DNA of 64,000 bases, taken from contig CAXXUO010000001.1 in the NCBI GenBank assembly GCA_963666485.2, positions 320,001 to 384,000 on the forward strand, written 5' to 3'. Both the position numbers and the translations under genes were made by a program. The notes beneath the pieces are model-generated. The model was given only the letters and a program-made list of their open reading frames with translations. It was not told the DNA's origin and searched no databases. Source of the DNA: Syntrophorhabdaceae bacterium (lineage in GTDB: Bacteria; Desulfobacterota; Syntrophorhabdia; Syntrophorhabdales; Syntrophorhabdaceae). Below, piece by piece: positions 29,448 through 39,301 of the stretch (position 1 is its first letter; every line of letters starts with the position of its first letter).

Positions 29448-29816
29448 ATGAAGATACGGATCGTTGCGGGGCGGGTCAGCGTTGAGGCGGAGCTTTTCGA
29501 TACGGCGTGCGCGCGGGCCATAGCGAAGATCCTGCCGATAAACGCACACCCGAACGAATGGGGTGATGAATTCTACTTTTCGGTGGACGTAAAAGGATCT
29601 CTCGATGAGACGGCGACGCGCAATGTCAAGGCCGGAGACATCGGGTTCTGGCCTCCCGGTAATGCCATTGCCATATTCTTCGGTCCCACGCCGCTTTCCC
29701 ACGGCCCCGACCCCGTCCCGGCGAGCGACGTCAACCTGATCGGAAGAACGACCGGCGACGCAACGATATTGCGGCAGGCAAAAGGGGCGGCGATGATAAG
29801 AATAGAGGCAATATAA
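29448..29816 (+). CDS. Cyclophilin-like fold protein (DUF369-like)
   Basis: LPI...WGDEFYF, GDIGFWPPGNAIAIFFGPTP. Confidence 0.8.
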   Translation: MKIRIVAGRVSVEAELFDTACARAIAKILPINAHPNEWGDEFYFSVDVKGSLDETATRNVKAGDIGFWPPGNAIAIFFGPTPLSHGPDPVPASDVNLIGRTTGDATILRQAKGAAMIRIEAI

Positions 29817-29842
29817 AAACCGCCGGGGACGGTTTTTATATT

Positions 29843-29995
29843 GTTCCACGTTCCAGGTTCCACGTTCCACGTTAAAGGCAAGAAAATAAAGGTCCAATCA
29901 ATGCAGGACGTTTTGCGATGAAGATAAGGCGGGGGGGTGAACTCCCTTTTAGTGTTTGGTTTTTAACGTGGAACGTGGAACCTGGAACGTGGAAC
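29843..29995. repeat. Inverted heptamer-array element (GTTCCAC)4...(GTGGAAC)4
   Basis: Perfect 34-bp inverted repeat 29843-29876 / 29962-29995 including a mirrored variant unit. Confidence 0.92.
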
Positions 29996-30002
29996 GGTTT
30001 TT

Positions 30003-31076
30003 ATGACCGATGACACAATAAAAAGTCTTTCTTTACACGATGTGGTGCGGCCGCTTGTCGCTACATTTGCGACATCCCTCGGGCGAAAGACAATGATGCG
30101 GAGCATTATTGTCAGGGCCCGGCTGAAGGGCGGGGGGGAAGGGTCGGGGGAATGTCCCACGAGTTTTGTCCTGCCGCACGAAAATGCGCGGAACATACGG
30201 GGAATGATCGAAGGTGAAAGACAGGGCCTTATCGGGAAAAGCGCGTCCGGATATGCCGCAATCGCCTCTGCGTTGCGGGATAAGTACCCCCTTCTCCCGA
30301 TGACCGTCTCGGGGATCGAGACCGCCCTGTGGCGCGCATGGCTCGCAGCCTCCGGCAATGATGAACTGAAATGGTTCGGCGGGGCATCCGATCATATCGA
30401 GACGGACATAACCGTCCCGGTCACTCGCGACGGGGCGTTCCTGACCCGCTGGATCGGTCAGGCTGCCAGGAAGGATTTCCGGATATTCAAGGTTAAAGTG
30501 AACGGTAAAACCGAAGATGATACCTGGCTGATCGACCGCGTTGCATCGATGCTCTATAACGCCGGGAAGGAATTCACCTTAAGGCTCGACGGCAACCAGG
30601 CATTTTCCGTCAAAAGCTGCCTCACCCTGTGCGAACGTGTTAACCGTAAGGGATACCCGGTTGAACTTTTCGAGCAACCCTTGAAAAAAGATGATCACCG
30701 GGGGCTCAAGGAATTGGCCCGGCATGCGCCGCTGCCCATCATCCTCGACGAGACGGTCTTTTCACGGACCGATATGGAGATCGCTGTCGGCGAGGGTTTA
30801 GGGCACGGCGTCAATGTCAAGATAGCCAAGAGCGGGATCGCCGGATCGCTCGCAATCATCGATCTGGCGAAAAATCATGGCATGAAGCTGATGGCCGGAT
30901 GCATGATCGAAACGATGACAGGGCTGTCGGCAGGCATCGGGATGGCAATAGGCACGGGCATCTTCGATCATATCGATCTTGATTCCATACATTACCTTCG
31001 CCATGCAAATCGCTGGGGACGGATCATTGTTGAGGGCCCGCGTTACCGCATTGGCAAAGATACCGGCATCAATTGA
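30003..31076 (+). CDS. Enolase-superfamily dipeptide epimerase (L-Ala-D/L-Glu epimerase-like)
   Basis: FKVKV (KxK), LDGNQ, FEQP, LDE, NVKIAK, GCMIE, DLD. Confidence 0.85.
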   Translation: MTDDTIKSLSLHDVVRPLVATFATSLGRKTMMRSIIVRARLKGGGEGSGECPTSFVLPHENARNIRGMIEGERQGLIGKSASGYAAIASALRDKYPLLPMTVSGIETALWRAWLAASGNDELKWFGGASDHIETDITVPVTRDGAFLTRWIGQAARKDFRIFKVKVNGKTEDDTWLIDRVASMLYNAGKEFTLRLDGNQAFSVKSCLTLCERVNRKGYPVELFEQPLKKDDHRGLKELARHAPLPIILDETVFSRTDMEIAVGEGLGHGVNVKIAKSGIAGSLAIIDLAKNHGMKLMAGCMIETMTGLSAGIGMAIGTGIFDHIDLDSIHYLRHANRWGRIIVEGPRYRIGKDTGIN

Positions 31077-31150
31077 AGAAAGCCCTGGGGTAATCGACAG
31101 GCTGCAAAACTTGGAACACCCTGTCATCTTCTGTTATACTCTCATCATCA

Positions 31151-32398
31151 ATGAAAAATACCGGCAAGGGGACTTTATTTGAGCGCATCGCCCGGTCGTT
31201 GAGGATCGCCGGCATGATCGTTCGCGAATCTCTGCGGTCTTTCCTCAACAATAATGATTTTGAGATGTCGGCAGCCATGGCGACATACAGTTTTTTTGCG
31301 CTCGTCCCTCTTCTCTTTTTTATCGTAAGCGCTGTGGCAGGGAACGGGCACTATTCCGGCATGCTCGTTACAGGCATCGAAGGCCTGATCGATCATCTAT
31401 TCCCGCGTATCCGGGAGTGGATGAGCCTCGAATTTTCGGTGGTGACGCGAAACCCGGTCACTGTCGGCATAGCGGCAGCGGTCATGGTCTTCGTCGCTGC
31501 CATGTCCCTCGTTGATTCGCTGCGGACAACATTTTTCAAGATCTTCAAGAAGGATCCCCCGTCATCTTTCGTCGCAACGCAGCTTGGCAATATCAAAAGC
31601 GCCCTCATCCTGCTTTTCCTCTTCGTCGCCCTGACCGGCGCGGAGCTGATCTTCAATTCCTTGATCTCTCACCTGTCCTCACGGGGGATCGTGCTCACCG
31701 AAACGAAGAGCATAATTTTATCCGTGGTCGTGGCGACCGGCTGCATGGGCTTTTTCTATTCCATCTTCCTGCCGGTCAGGCTCACTCCCGTGAAACTGGT
31801 CGGGGCGTCCCTTATTTCGGCATTTCTTATAATCGCCATGCGGGAGATCTTTGTCTTTGTCCTCGAAAAGAACCCGTCCTACGGGGAAACTTTCGGTTCG
31901 CTCAGGGTACTCTTCGTCATGATCGCCTGGGTGTACTACTGTTTTCTCGTTATTCTTTTCGGGGCCGAAGTGGCCGTGAACACGGTAAAACGGGACGCCC
32001 TGCTCCTTAAGGGCCTCTTCGCCGGCTACATGCCCGGCCGGACGCCGGCCCGGTTGTTCGACAGGTACATCACGCACCACGCCGCCGGTACGACCATTTT
32101 TAACGAGGGCGATGACGGCGGGACAATGTTCTATGTCATCGAGGGCTCGGTGGACATAAACCGGGAGGGAAAGCATATATGCACCATGGCCGCCGGCGAG
32201 TACTTCGGCGAGATGTCCATGCTCCTCGGCACAAGCAGGACCGCCGCGGCCATCGCCGCGCAGGAAACAAAGCTCGTCCCGATATCACAGGATAATTTCA
32301 ACATAATACTCCGTGAAAACGCCCCTATCGTTCTCGCCATACTGAAGGAAATGGCGGACCGGCTGAAGGATACGGATGAATCGCTCGTTCATCGGTGA
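31151..32398 (+). CDS. YihY/BrkB-family membrane protein fused to a cyclic-nucleotide-binding domain
   Basis: AAMATYSFFALVP, YGETFGSL..L..WVYY...LFGAE (YihY); IFNEGD..G.MFYVIEGSV, FGEMSML...RTA (cNMP). Confidence 0.85.
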   Translation: MKNTGKGTLFERIARSLRIAGMIVRESLRSFLNNNDFEMSAAMATYSFFALVPLLFFIVSAVAGNGHYSGMLVTGIEGLIDHLFPRIREWMSLEFSVVTRNPVTVGIAAAVMVFVAAMSLVDSLRTTFFKIFKKDPPSSFVATQLGNIKSALILLFLFVALTGAELIFNSLISHLSSRGIVLTETKSIILSVVVATGCMGFFYSIFLPVRLTPVKLVGASLISAFLIIAMREIFVFVLEKNPSYGETFGSLRVLFVMIAWVYYCFLVILFGAEVAVNTVKRDALLLKGLFAGYMPGRTPARLFDRYITHHAAGTTIFNEGDDGGTMFYVIEGSVDINREGKHICTMAAGEYFGEMSMLLGTSRTAAAIAAQETKLVPISQDNFNIILRENAPIVLAILKEMADRLKDTDESLVHR

Positions 32399-32400
32399 AG

Positions 32401-32496
32401 AACGGCGTACGGCTAACGGCTAACGGCTAACGGCTAACGGCTAACGGCTAACGGCTAACGGCTAACGGCTAACGGCTAACGGCTAACGGCTAACGG
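32401..32496 (+). repeat. Tandem heptamer array (AACGGCT)n
   Basis: 11 perfect units 32415-32491 plus two variant and one partial unit, between convergent genes. Confidence 0.95.
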
Positions 32497-32594
32497 AAAA
32501 AAAGTTTTTCAGGAAAATACCACATATCGGGAAGTATTTAGCGCGGGGGACATCTTTTTAAATTTTTTTGATAGGTGAAGTGAAGCCTTACGCC

Positions 32595-33800
32595 TTATAC
32601 GGTCTCCGCATTAAGGGTGCCCTTATGGAGCGTGATTGTGAGCGCTTCGCCTGATGCTACCGTGGATGCGTCGGTGACGATCGCGCCGGTGCCGGCGCGG
32701 GCGGTGATGCTGTAGCCGCGCTCTAATATGGCTGTCGGGTTCAAGTCCCCGACCCGCTGGGAAAGGGAGCCTAATTTTACGCGCCTGTTCGTCATGTAGA
32801 GTTCCATATTCCGCTCCAAACCCGCCGAGAGTTCGTCAAGATAGATCCTGTGCGAATCGAAGAAATCTTTCCTGTCCTTGAACTCCATGACATTACGGAC
32901 GAGGTCGTATTTTGCCCGATCGATCTTTTTCCGCATTGCCTGGCAGAGCGCCTCGCTCATCCCGGCGATGTACCGTTTCAGGTCGGCCTTGTCAGGGCAG
33001 ACGATCGCGGCAGCGGCTGTCGGGGTGGGGGCGCGGACGTCCGCCACGAGATCGGCGATCGTGAAATCCACCTCGTGGCCAACCGCCGAGACGATCGGTA
33101 TCGCTGAATCGAATATCGCCCGTGCGAGCAGTTCTTCATTGAACGGGGCGAGATCTTCGTACGACCCCCCTCCCCTGCCGATAATGATCACATCGACATC
33201 CCCCGCTTCATTGAAACAACGGATCCCGTCCGCGATCTCACCGGCCGCTTCGGCGCCCTGAACTGATGCGGGATAAAGCTCGACAGGAATATTGCCGAAC
33301 CTTTCATGGATGATGCGGAGCATGTCGCGTATCGCAGCACCCGCGGGCGACGTGACGATGCCGATGCATCGCGGGAATGCCGGAAGGGGTTTCTTGCGGC
33401 CCTCGTCGAACAGGCCTTCCTTGAAAAGCTTTTCCTTGAGCTCGAGGAAGCGCAGGTACACGAGGCCCTGGTCGCCTTTCCTCATGAGATCGCTCACGAT
33501 GATCTGGTATTCGCCCCGCTTCTCGTAGATATCGATGCGGCCCTTGCACAGAACGCGCTCGCCATCTTTTACTACCTTGCCACCGGACACCCGGCTCGCG
33601 TAGTTGAAGAGGACCGCCCGTATCATGGCGGAATCGTCTTTGAGCGTGAAATAAAAATGACCGGACGGGTAGAGTTTGGCATTCGATACCTCGCCCTCGA
33701 CCCGGACATCCCGGAACCTTCCGCTGACAAATCTTTTGAGCTCGGCCGTCAGTTCGGAGACGGTGAAAAGACCTTCTTCCTTCTGAACGAACAATGTCAT
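32595..33800 (-). CDS. xseA: Exodeoxyribonuclease VII large subunit
   Basis: VEGEVSN, SGHFYFTLKD, GAAIRD, RGGGSYEDL, VGHEVD, APTPTAAA. Confidence 0.95.
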   Translation of the reverse strand: MTLFVQKEEGLFTVSELTAELKRFVSGRFRDVRVEGEVSNAKLYPSGHFYFTLKDDSAMIRAVLFNYASRVSGGKVVKDGERVLCKGRIDIYEKRGEYQIIVSDLMRKGDQGLVYLRFLELKEKLFKEGLFDEGRKKPLPAFPRCIGIVTSPAGAAIRDMLRIIHERFGNIPVELYPASVQGAEAAGEIADGIRCFNEAGDVDVIIIGRGGGSYEDLAPFNEELLARAIFDSAIPIVSAVGHEVDFTIADLVADVRAPTPTAAAAIVCPDKADLKRYIAGMSEALCQAMRKKIDRAKYDLVRNVMEFKDRKDFFDSHRIYLDELSAGLERNMELYMTNRRVKLGSLSQRVGDLNPTAILERGYSITARAGTGAIVTDASTVASGEALTITLHKGTLNAETV

Positions 33801-35086
33801 TTCTTCTTTTTCAGGTGGTCCTTCATCAGCTTCATCGAGCAAAACTCACCGCACATGCTGCAGACATCGTCCTTCAGGTTCCGTTCCTTCCTGAAACTCT
33901 TTATCTTGTCGGGATCGATCGCGCACTCGATCTGACCTTTCCAGTCAAGCGCCTTCCGGTAGGTGGACATTGCCTTGTCAAGCGCGAAGGCCTTCTGGTT
34001 GCCGCGGGCCAGGTCGGCGGCGTGGGCTGCTATCTTCGTCACGATGACGCCATCCCGCACATCCTGCGGCAGGGGCAGGCCAAGGTGTTCCGACGGGGTA
34101 ACGTAGCACAGGAAATCGGCGCCGTAATATCCCGCCAGTGCCCCGCCGATCGCCGATGTTATATGGTCGTACCCGGGAGCGATGTCGGTCACGATGGGAC
34201 CGAGGACATAGAACGGGGCCTCGTTGCACAGCCTTTTCTGAAGGACCATATTGGCCTCGATCTGGTTGATCGGGACATGGCCCGGGCCTTCTATCATGAC
34301 CTGGACGCCCTGGTCGATCGCCTCCTGGCACAGCTCGCCTAAGGTTATCAGCTCCTGGATCTGGCCGCGGTCGGTCGCGTCGGCTATGCATCCCGGCCTC
34401 AGCGCGTCCCCGAGGCTCAACGTCATGTCATATTTCTTCGCGATGGCGATCAGCCTGTCGTAATTCTCGTACAGCGGGTTCTCTTTCCCGTTCACGATGA
34501 TCCACTCGGCGAGGAACGCCCCGCCGCGGCTCACGATATCGGTCACCCTTCCCTGGTTGCGCAGCCGGTCGATCGCGCTTTTCGTCACGCCGCAGTGGAC
34601 CGTGACAAAATCCACACCGTCGGCGCCGTGCTTTTCGATGACGTCAAAAAGGTGGTCGGGGTCCATCTTCGTTATAGGTTTCTTTTTCGCCACCGTCTCG
34701 ACTGCCGCCTGGTAGATCGGCACCGTGCCGATCGGTATTTTGGCTGCGCCGATGATGATCTTGCGGATCGCATCGAGATCGCCGCCGGTGCTCAAGTCCA
34801 TGACGGCATCGGCCCCGGCGTCCCGAGCGATAGCGAGCTTTTCAAGCTCTTCTTCGACATTGACGCGTTCGGGGGACGTGCCGATGTTGGCGTTCACCTT
34901 GACGCTCATTCCCTTCCCGACGCCTTTCGGGGTGAAATCCTTGTGCCTGTTGTTTGCAAGGATCGCCGCCTTGCCCTCGGCGATAAGCCTGCGAAGCTCT
35001 TCCTTATCGATACCTTCATCGCGGGCAACGCGTTCCATTATCTTCGTGATCTTGCCTTCCCGTGCTGCAATCAATTGATTTTTCAT
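33797..35086 (-). CDS. thiC: Phosphomethylpyrimidine synthase
   Basis: KVNANIG, MDLSTGG, SRGG, GDALRPG, EGPGH, CSMCGEFC; next to thiD. Confidence 0.93.
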   Translation of the reverse strand: MKNQLIAAREGKITKIMERVARDEGIDKEELRRLIAEGKAAILANNRHKDFTPKGVGKGMSVKVNANIGTSPERVNVEEELEKLAIARDAGADAVMDLSTGGDLDAIRKIIIGAAKIPIGTVPIYQAAVETVAKKKPITKMDPDHLFDVIEKHGADGVDFVTVHCGVTKSAIDRLRNQGRVTDIVSRGGAFLAEWIIVNGKENPLYENYDRLIAIAKKYDMTLSLGDALRPGCIADATDRGQIQELITLGELCQEAIDQGVQVMIEGPGHVPINQIEANMVLQKRLCNEAPFYVLGPIVTDIAPGYDHITSAIGGALAGYYGADFLCYVTPSEHLGLPLPQDVRDGVIVTKIAAHAADLARGNQKAFALDKAMSTYRKALDWKGQIECAIDPDKIKSFRKERNLKDDVCSMCGEFCSMKLMKDHLKKKK

Positions 35087-35166
35087 AGTTGTTTCATCTC
35101 CGTCAAAATAAGTAGGTTCGCTAGCCTGCCGCAGGCCGGGTTGCGGGTCATCCTTCTTCAAGGTTT

Positions 35167-35961
35167 TCATTGCGCCGGCCGGCACGCCGTTGAAACATAA
35201 TAATATCCGTTCTCATCTATCCTGTAGCGCCTCCCGATAAGCTCCTCGAAAGCGCCCTCGGTGGCGGTGAATGCATCGGGCAGGGGATATCCCCTCGCCA
35301 GGAAACATGTCAATATTGCAGAAAAGGAGCAACCCGTGCCGTGGATGGCCGCATCGAGCCGTTTTCTTTCGTGAAGCAAAAAATCGTTGCCATCGAAGAA
35401 AACGTCTACGGGGTCTCCTTCAAGGTGTCCGCCCTTCACGATAACCGCGCGCGGCCCCTGCGACCTTATCGCAGCCGCCGCGGTCTTCGCGTCGTCCACG
35501 GTCCGCACCTTCCTGCCTGTGATGACCGATGCCTCGTCGGCATTCGGCGTCAGCACCGTGGTTTTCTCGAAAAGAAGGGAACGGCAGGCCGATATCCCTC
35601 TTTCACTGATGAGGGATATCCCGTTCTTCGCCGCGAAAACCGGGTCAAAGACGACCGGGACACCTTCCCGCGACCCGATGAAAGCGGCCGCTTCCCGTGT
35701 GCAGGTCTCACTGCACAGGACGCCCAACTTTATGCCCTTCACGCTGACGCCTCTCGTTGCCGCCGCCAGGGTATCGCGAAAAAGCGCCGCAGGCGCGGCT
35801 TTTATCCTCTCGACCCCTTGAGGCCCCTGGACCACGGTGCATGTCGGTACGGCTATACCGTGAAAACCGAATGAAAAAAAGGTGTCGACGTCCCTTATGA
35901 TCCCCGCCCCGGACGAGGCGTCGAACCCGGCCAGGGACACGATGCTGTTCATTATATCCAT
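35167..35961 (-). CDS. thiD: Hydroxymethylpyrimidine/phosphomethylpyrimidine kinase
   Basis: AGFDASSGAG, DPV, TPNADEA, KGGH, HGTGC. Confidence 0.88.
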   Translation of the reverse strand: MDIMNSIVSLAGFDASSGAGIIRDVDTFFSFGFHGIAVPTCTVVQGPQGVERIKAAPAALFRDTLAAATRGVSVKGIKLGVLCSETCTREAAAFIGSREGVPVVFDPVFAAKNGISLISERGISACRSLLFEKTTVLTPNADEASVITGRKVRTVDDAKTAAAAIRSQGPRAVIVKGGHLEGDPVDVFFDGNDFLLHERKRLDAAIHGTGCSFSAILTCFLARGYPLPDAFTATEGAFEELIGRRYRIDENGYYYVSTACRPAQ

Positions 35962-36230
35962 GATACCCGGTCTGCTAAATAACCCTGCTCACGAAGACGG
36001 CAACCCGGCAAAGCCCGATATACCCCTTCGATTTTGTTATTAAAACTGTAAACTATATCATATATGCGGCTTCAGGGGCTATATAATTATCCCTTGACGG
36101 GCATACGTTCGACGCTTTTGTCGACTCATGTGCGGGGCGTCGACATTTATTTCCGATAAAATCTGCGCATGCAGGAACATGGCATGTTATTTGTCCCGTA
36201 GAATCGTGGACTTATAAAAATGTTACGGGA

Positions 36231-36245
36231 TGGCACGATAATTGC
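36231..36245 (+). promoter_or_regulatory. sigma54 (-24/-12) promoter
   Basis: TGGCAC-GATAA-TTGC matches TGGCAC-N5-TTGC; a sigma54 activator is encoded in the same locus. Confidence 0.85.
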
Positions 36246-36291
36246 CAAACTAAATATCATGATTTGCAAAAAACCAATTTCGGAGGTTACA

Positions 36292-36801
36292 ATGAAAAAG
36301 TTTACCGGGGTAGTCGTGGTCGTGTTTTTGTTGCTGTTCGCAACGAGTGTCATTGCCTTTGGCCAGGGAGCCGGGTACGGCATGGGCCAGGGCGGCGGGT
36401 ACGGCATGGGCAAGGGCGGCGGGCCCGGCATGGCAGGCCATTGGGGCGTTAACCTCTCCAAGGACCAGCAGGACAAGATGTGGCAGTTGCGCGAGAAATT
36501 TAATAACGACACGTCTGCGCTGCGCTACGAAATGTTCCAGAAACGGAACGAACTGAGAACGTTATTTGCCGACCCGAAGGCAACGGATGCACAGATCCTC
36601 GCGAAGGAAAACGAGGTCAACGCCTTAAGGCAGAAGATGCACGACAGGATGATCCGTTTTAAACTTGAACAGAGGAAGATCTATACACCGGAACAGCTCC
36701 AGCAGCTCTCCCAGAGAGGCGGCTTCGGCGGACGCGGAATGGGCGGCGGCATGGGACGCGGAATGGGCGGCGGCATGGGTGCCGGTGGATGCGGCTTCTA
36801 G
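36292..36801 (+). CDS. Spy/CpxP/ZraP-family periplasmic protein
   Basis: Signal peptide, Gly/Met-rich repeats, LSKDQQ and YTPEQ (LTxxQ) motifs. Confidence 0.85.
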   Translation: MKKFTGVVVVVFLLLFATSVIAFGQGAGYGMGQGGGYGMGKGGGPGMAGHWGVNLSKDQQDKMWQLREKFNNDTSALRYEMFQKRNELRTLFADPKATDAQILAKENEVNALRQKMHDRMIRFKLEQRKIYTPEQLQQLSQRGGFGGRGMGGGMGRGMGGGMGAGGCGF

Positions 36802-36892
36802 CAAAGGCTTCCGGCATAGCCGGTATGAAGAGAGAACATCCGGGAAGGCGGGCCATGAAGGCCCGCCCTTCCGGGCAGAAAAGGGAGGGAGT

Positions 36893-37282
36893 ATGAAAAG
36901 GATCCTCACAGTAACAGTCCTCGTGATCATTGCGGGATTTTTTGTCGTTTCGTGCGCATCCGAGGGCTACAACACCCAGAAGGGGGCTGCGATCGGCGCG
37001 GGCCTTGGCGCGATTGCCGGCCAGGTGATCGGCGGCAACACGGGGTCGACCCTCATAGGCGCCGCAGTCGGCACCCTCGTCGGCGGGATAGCCGGGAATG
37101 CCGTGGACCAGCACGTGACAAACCAGCAGAAAGCGGGCACACAACAGGCAGGCGCATACCCTTCATCGAGCCAGGTGACCCCTCAGGACCAGCCTCCCGG
37201 ACAATGGGTTGAAGTGCCGGGTCAGTGGATAGGCGGGAAGTGGGTACCTTCGCACAAGGTATGGGTTCCTGTCAATCCATGA
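36893..37282 (+). CDS. Glycine-zipper lipoprotein
   Basis: Lipobox VVSC, GAAIGAGLGA..G zipper, C-terminal W-rich repeats. Confidence 0.8.
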   Translation: MKRILTVTVLVIIAGFFVVSCASEGYNTQKGAAIGAGLGAIAGQVIGGNTGSTLIGAAVGTLVGGIAGNAVDQHVTNQQKAGTQQAGAYPSSSQVTPQDQPPGQWVEVPGQWIGGKWVPSHKVWVPVNP

Positions 37283-37707
37283 CATTTTTTGCTGCACTGG
37301 TCTTATTCCTTCTGTTTATCATGCCCCCTGTTTGGGCCCAGAATTCGTATTCTGAGTTCGAGAGGGGGCTTGGGCTTTCAGAGCCGCAGAGAATGCAGGT
37401 CGAAGACATACGGAACAGGTACGTCAATGAATGGCAGGTGCTGCGGCAGGAATCCGCGCGCAAAAGGATGGAACTGAGGGAGCTCAGCAAAGATCCTGTC
37501 ACGAACGCCGGGAGGATGAACCGGCTGCAGGGCGAACTCCAGGAACTGGACACTGCCAGGCACAATTCCTACCAGCAATACCGTTCCGAGGTCTCGCGGA
37601 GCCTTAACGAAAGGCAGAGGCAGCAGTACAATAATTTCTGCGACCAGGAACGCAGAAAGAGAATGGGGCGCGAGCGCGGGTTCGGCCAGGGTTGGCATGG
37701 GAGATAA
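37279..37707 (+). CDS. Second Spy/CpxP-like periplasmic helical protein
   Basis: Signal peptide ..VWA-Q, LGLSEPQ and LNERQ motifs. Confidence 0.7.
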   Translation: MTFFAALVLFLLFIMPPVWAQNSYSEFERGLGLSEPQRMQVEDIRNRYVNEWQVLRQESARKRMELRELSKDPVTNAGRMNRLQGELQELDTARHNSYQQYRSEVSRSLNERQRQQYNNFCDQERRKRMGRERGFGQGWHGR

Positions 37708-39280
37708 GCGCGCTCTTGCTTTTCCTTTATTTTTCGCCTTTTTCCTCATACTCGTCACTTTAGCCGGTTTCTTCCAGATACGCATCATTCGCAGCAACAT
37801 CGAGCGGCAGCTGCAAGGTGAAGCCGAGGTCATCTTTTCCCATATCCAGAGGGAGATAGACCTCAATCTCGACTATCTTAACCTTCTCGACAGGTCCCCG
37901 GCGTTGATCACACCCTATTTTTACAACATCATGTCGTTTGATGAATCGATCATCGATGAGGTCGACTCCGCCCTTAAAGAGAGCTTTAAGGAGGGCGGCA
38001 AGCAGGACGTAAGCTCGCTTCCTTATGCCAATATCATCGAGTACGACATCTCGGGCACGGTCATTGCGAGCAAGGGCAGGCCCAACATCCCCGGGGACAC
38101 CCTCAGGAAACTGCGGTCCGGCAGCCAGGAAACGGTGATCAGGATGCCGATGCGGCATGACAGGGGCCTTCTCTTCGGCGAACGTTTCGGCAAGCGCATC
38201 GTTTTCGTCCGGATCGACCCCGGAGACCTCGAGGTGCTCCGGCGAAAGGTCATACTCAAGGACATCATCGAGCGGGAAGAGAAGAGGTTCAACATCGATG
38301 CGATCAGGGTGTATGACGTGAGCGGCAGGGTCTTCGCCGGATCGAAAGACAATCCCAAACGCGGCACGTTCATCCTCGACAGGGGCCTCGATTCCAAGCT
38401 GCTGCCCGGTTATCGCATGCGGATCTTCGTATCGCGTGACCTTGCCAGGGACACGGTCCAGAGGTCTTCGATCGGCTTTATCCTGATACTCGCCGTCCTT
38501 TTCATTTCGGGTGCCGGGAGCATCTATGGTTTCTTTGTCATGGAGCGCAAGTACTCCCGAAAAGTGAAAGAGATGGAACGTGAACTGGAGATGAAGGAAC
38601 GCCTGGTATCGCTTGGCAAGCTCGCCTCGGGAATGGCGCACGAGATACGGAACCCGCTCAACGCGATCGGCCTGTCTGTTCAACGCCTGAAAAGGGAGTT
38701 CGTGCCGGGAGAAGAAAAAAAGGATGAATACCTGGCATTCCTCGATATCATACGAAAAGAGCTTACGCGGGTGAACGGGATCGTCGAGGAATTCCTCCAG
38801 TCAACCCGTGCGCAGGCCCCCTTCAATAAAGAAAGCCTGCGGGACATCATCGAAGAGGTTATTATAATAGTCGGTGAAAAGGCCTCTTCGAAGGGCATCT
38901 TCATCGAGAACGCGACGGATACCGGGATAATTATCGAATGTCAGCGTGACAGGTTGAAGCAGGCATTCTATAATATCATTATCAACGCGATCGAATCGAT
39001 GCCCGAAGGCGGGAAGATCGCCGTAAACGTCAGACAGAAGGACCTGAACGTGGAGATATCCATCAAAGATTCGGGGCCGGGCATATCGGAAGAATCCCTG
39101 GGCCGGATCTTCGAGTATTATTACACGACCAAGGACAAGGGAATGGGCCTTGGTCTGCCCATTTCGTACATGATCGTAAAAGATCATGGCGGCGACATCA
39201 AGGCGACGAGCGCCGCCGGCCAGGGCACCACGTTCACCATCGTGCTGCCGGAAGGCCGCGACGGCGCAATGGACGCGTAA
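37697..39280 (+). CDS. Sensor histidine kinase (ZraS/AtoS-like)
   Basis: Two TM segments, MAHEIRNPL, N box, DSGPGI, GMGLGL. Confidence 0.92.
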   Translation: MGDKRALAFPLFFAFFLILVTLAGFFQIRIIRSNIERQLQGEAEVIFSHIQREIDLNLDYLNLLDRSPALITPYFYNIMSFDESIIDEVDSALKESFKEGGKQDVSSLPYANIIEYDISGTVIASKGRPNIPGDTLRKLRSGSQETVIRMPMRHDRGLLFGERFGKRIVFVRIDPGDLEVLRRKVILKDIIEREEKRFNIDAIRVYDVSGRVFAGSKDNPKRGTFILDRGLDSKLLPGYRMRIFVSRDLARDTVQRSSIGFILILAVLFISGAGSIYGFFVMERKYSRKVKEMERELEMKERLVSLGKLASGMAHEIRNPLNAIGLSVQRLKREFVPGEEKKDEYLAFLDIIRKELTRVNGIVEEFLQSTRAQAPFNKESLRDIIEEVIIIVGEKASSKGIFIENATDTGIIIECQRDRLKQAFYNIIINAIESMPEGGKIAVNVRQKDLNVEISIKDSGPGISEESLGRIFEYYYTTKDKGMGLGLPISYMIVKDHGGDIKATSAAGQGTTFTIVLPEGRDGAMDA

Positions 39281-39301
39281 AAAGAAGAGAGGTTCTGATA
39301 T

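Noticed and set aside
33797..35086. BzaA/B/F paralogue rather than ThiC
   Set aside because: Operonic with thiD and no cobalamin genes nearby, so ThiC is more parsimonious.
35087..36100. TPP riboswitch upstream of thiC or thiD
   Set aside because: Could not find the CTGAGA and CCTGA...TAATGC...GCG..GG core on the minus strand by eye; an Rfam scan would settle it.
36370..36790. Short tandem repeats GGGTACGGCATGGGC and GGACGCGGAATGGGCGGCGGCATG
   Set aside because: Coding Gly/Met repeats normal for Spy/ZraP-family proteins.
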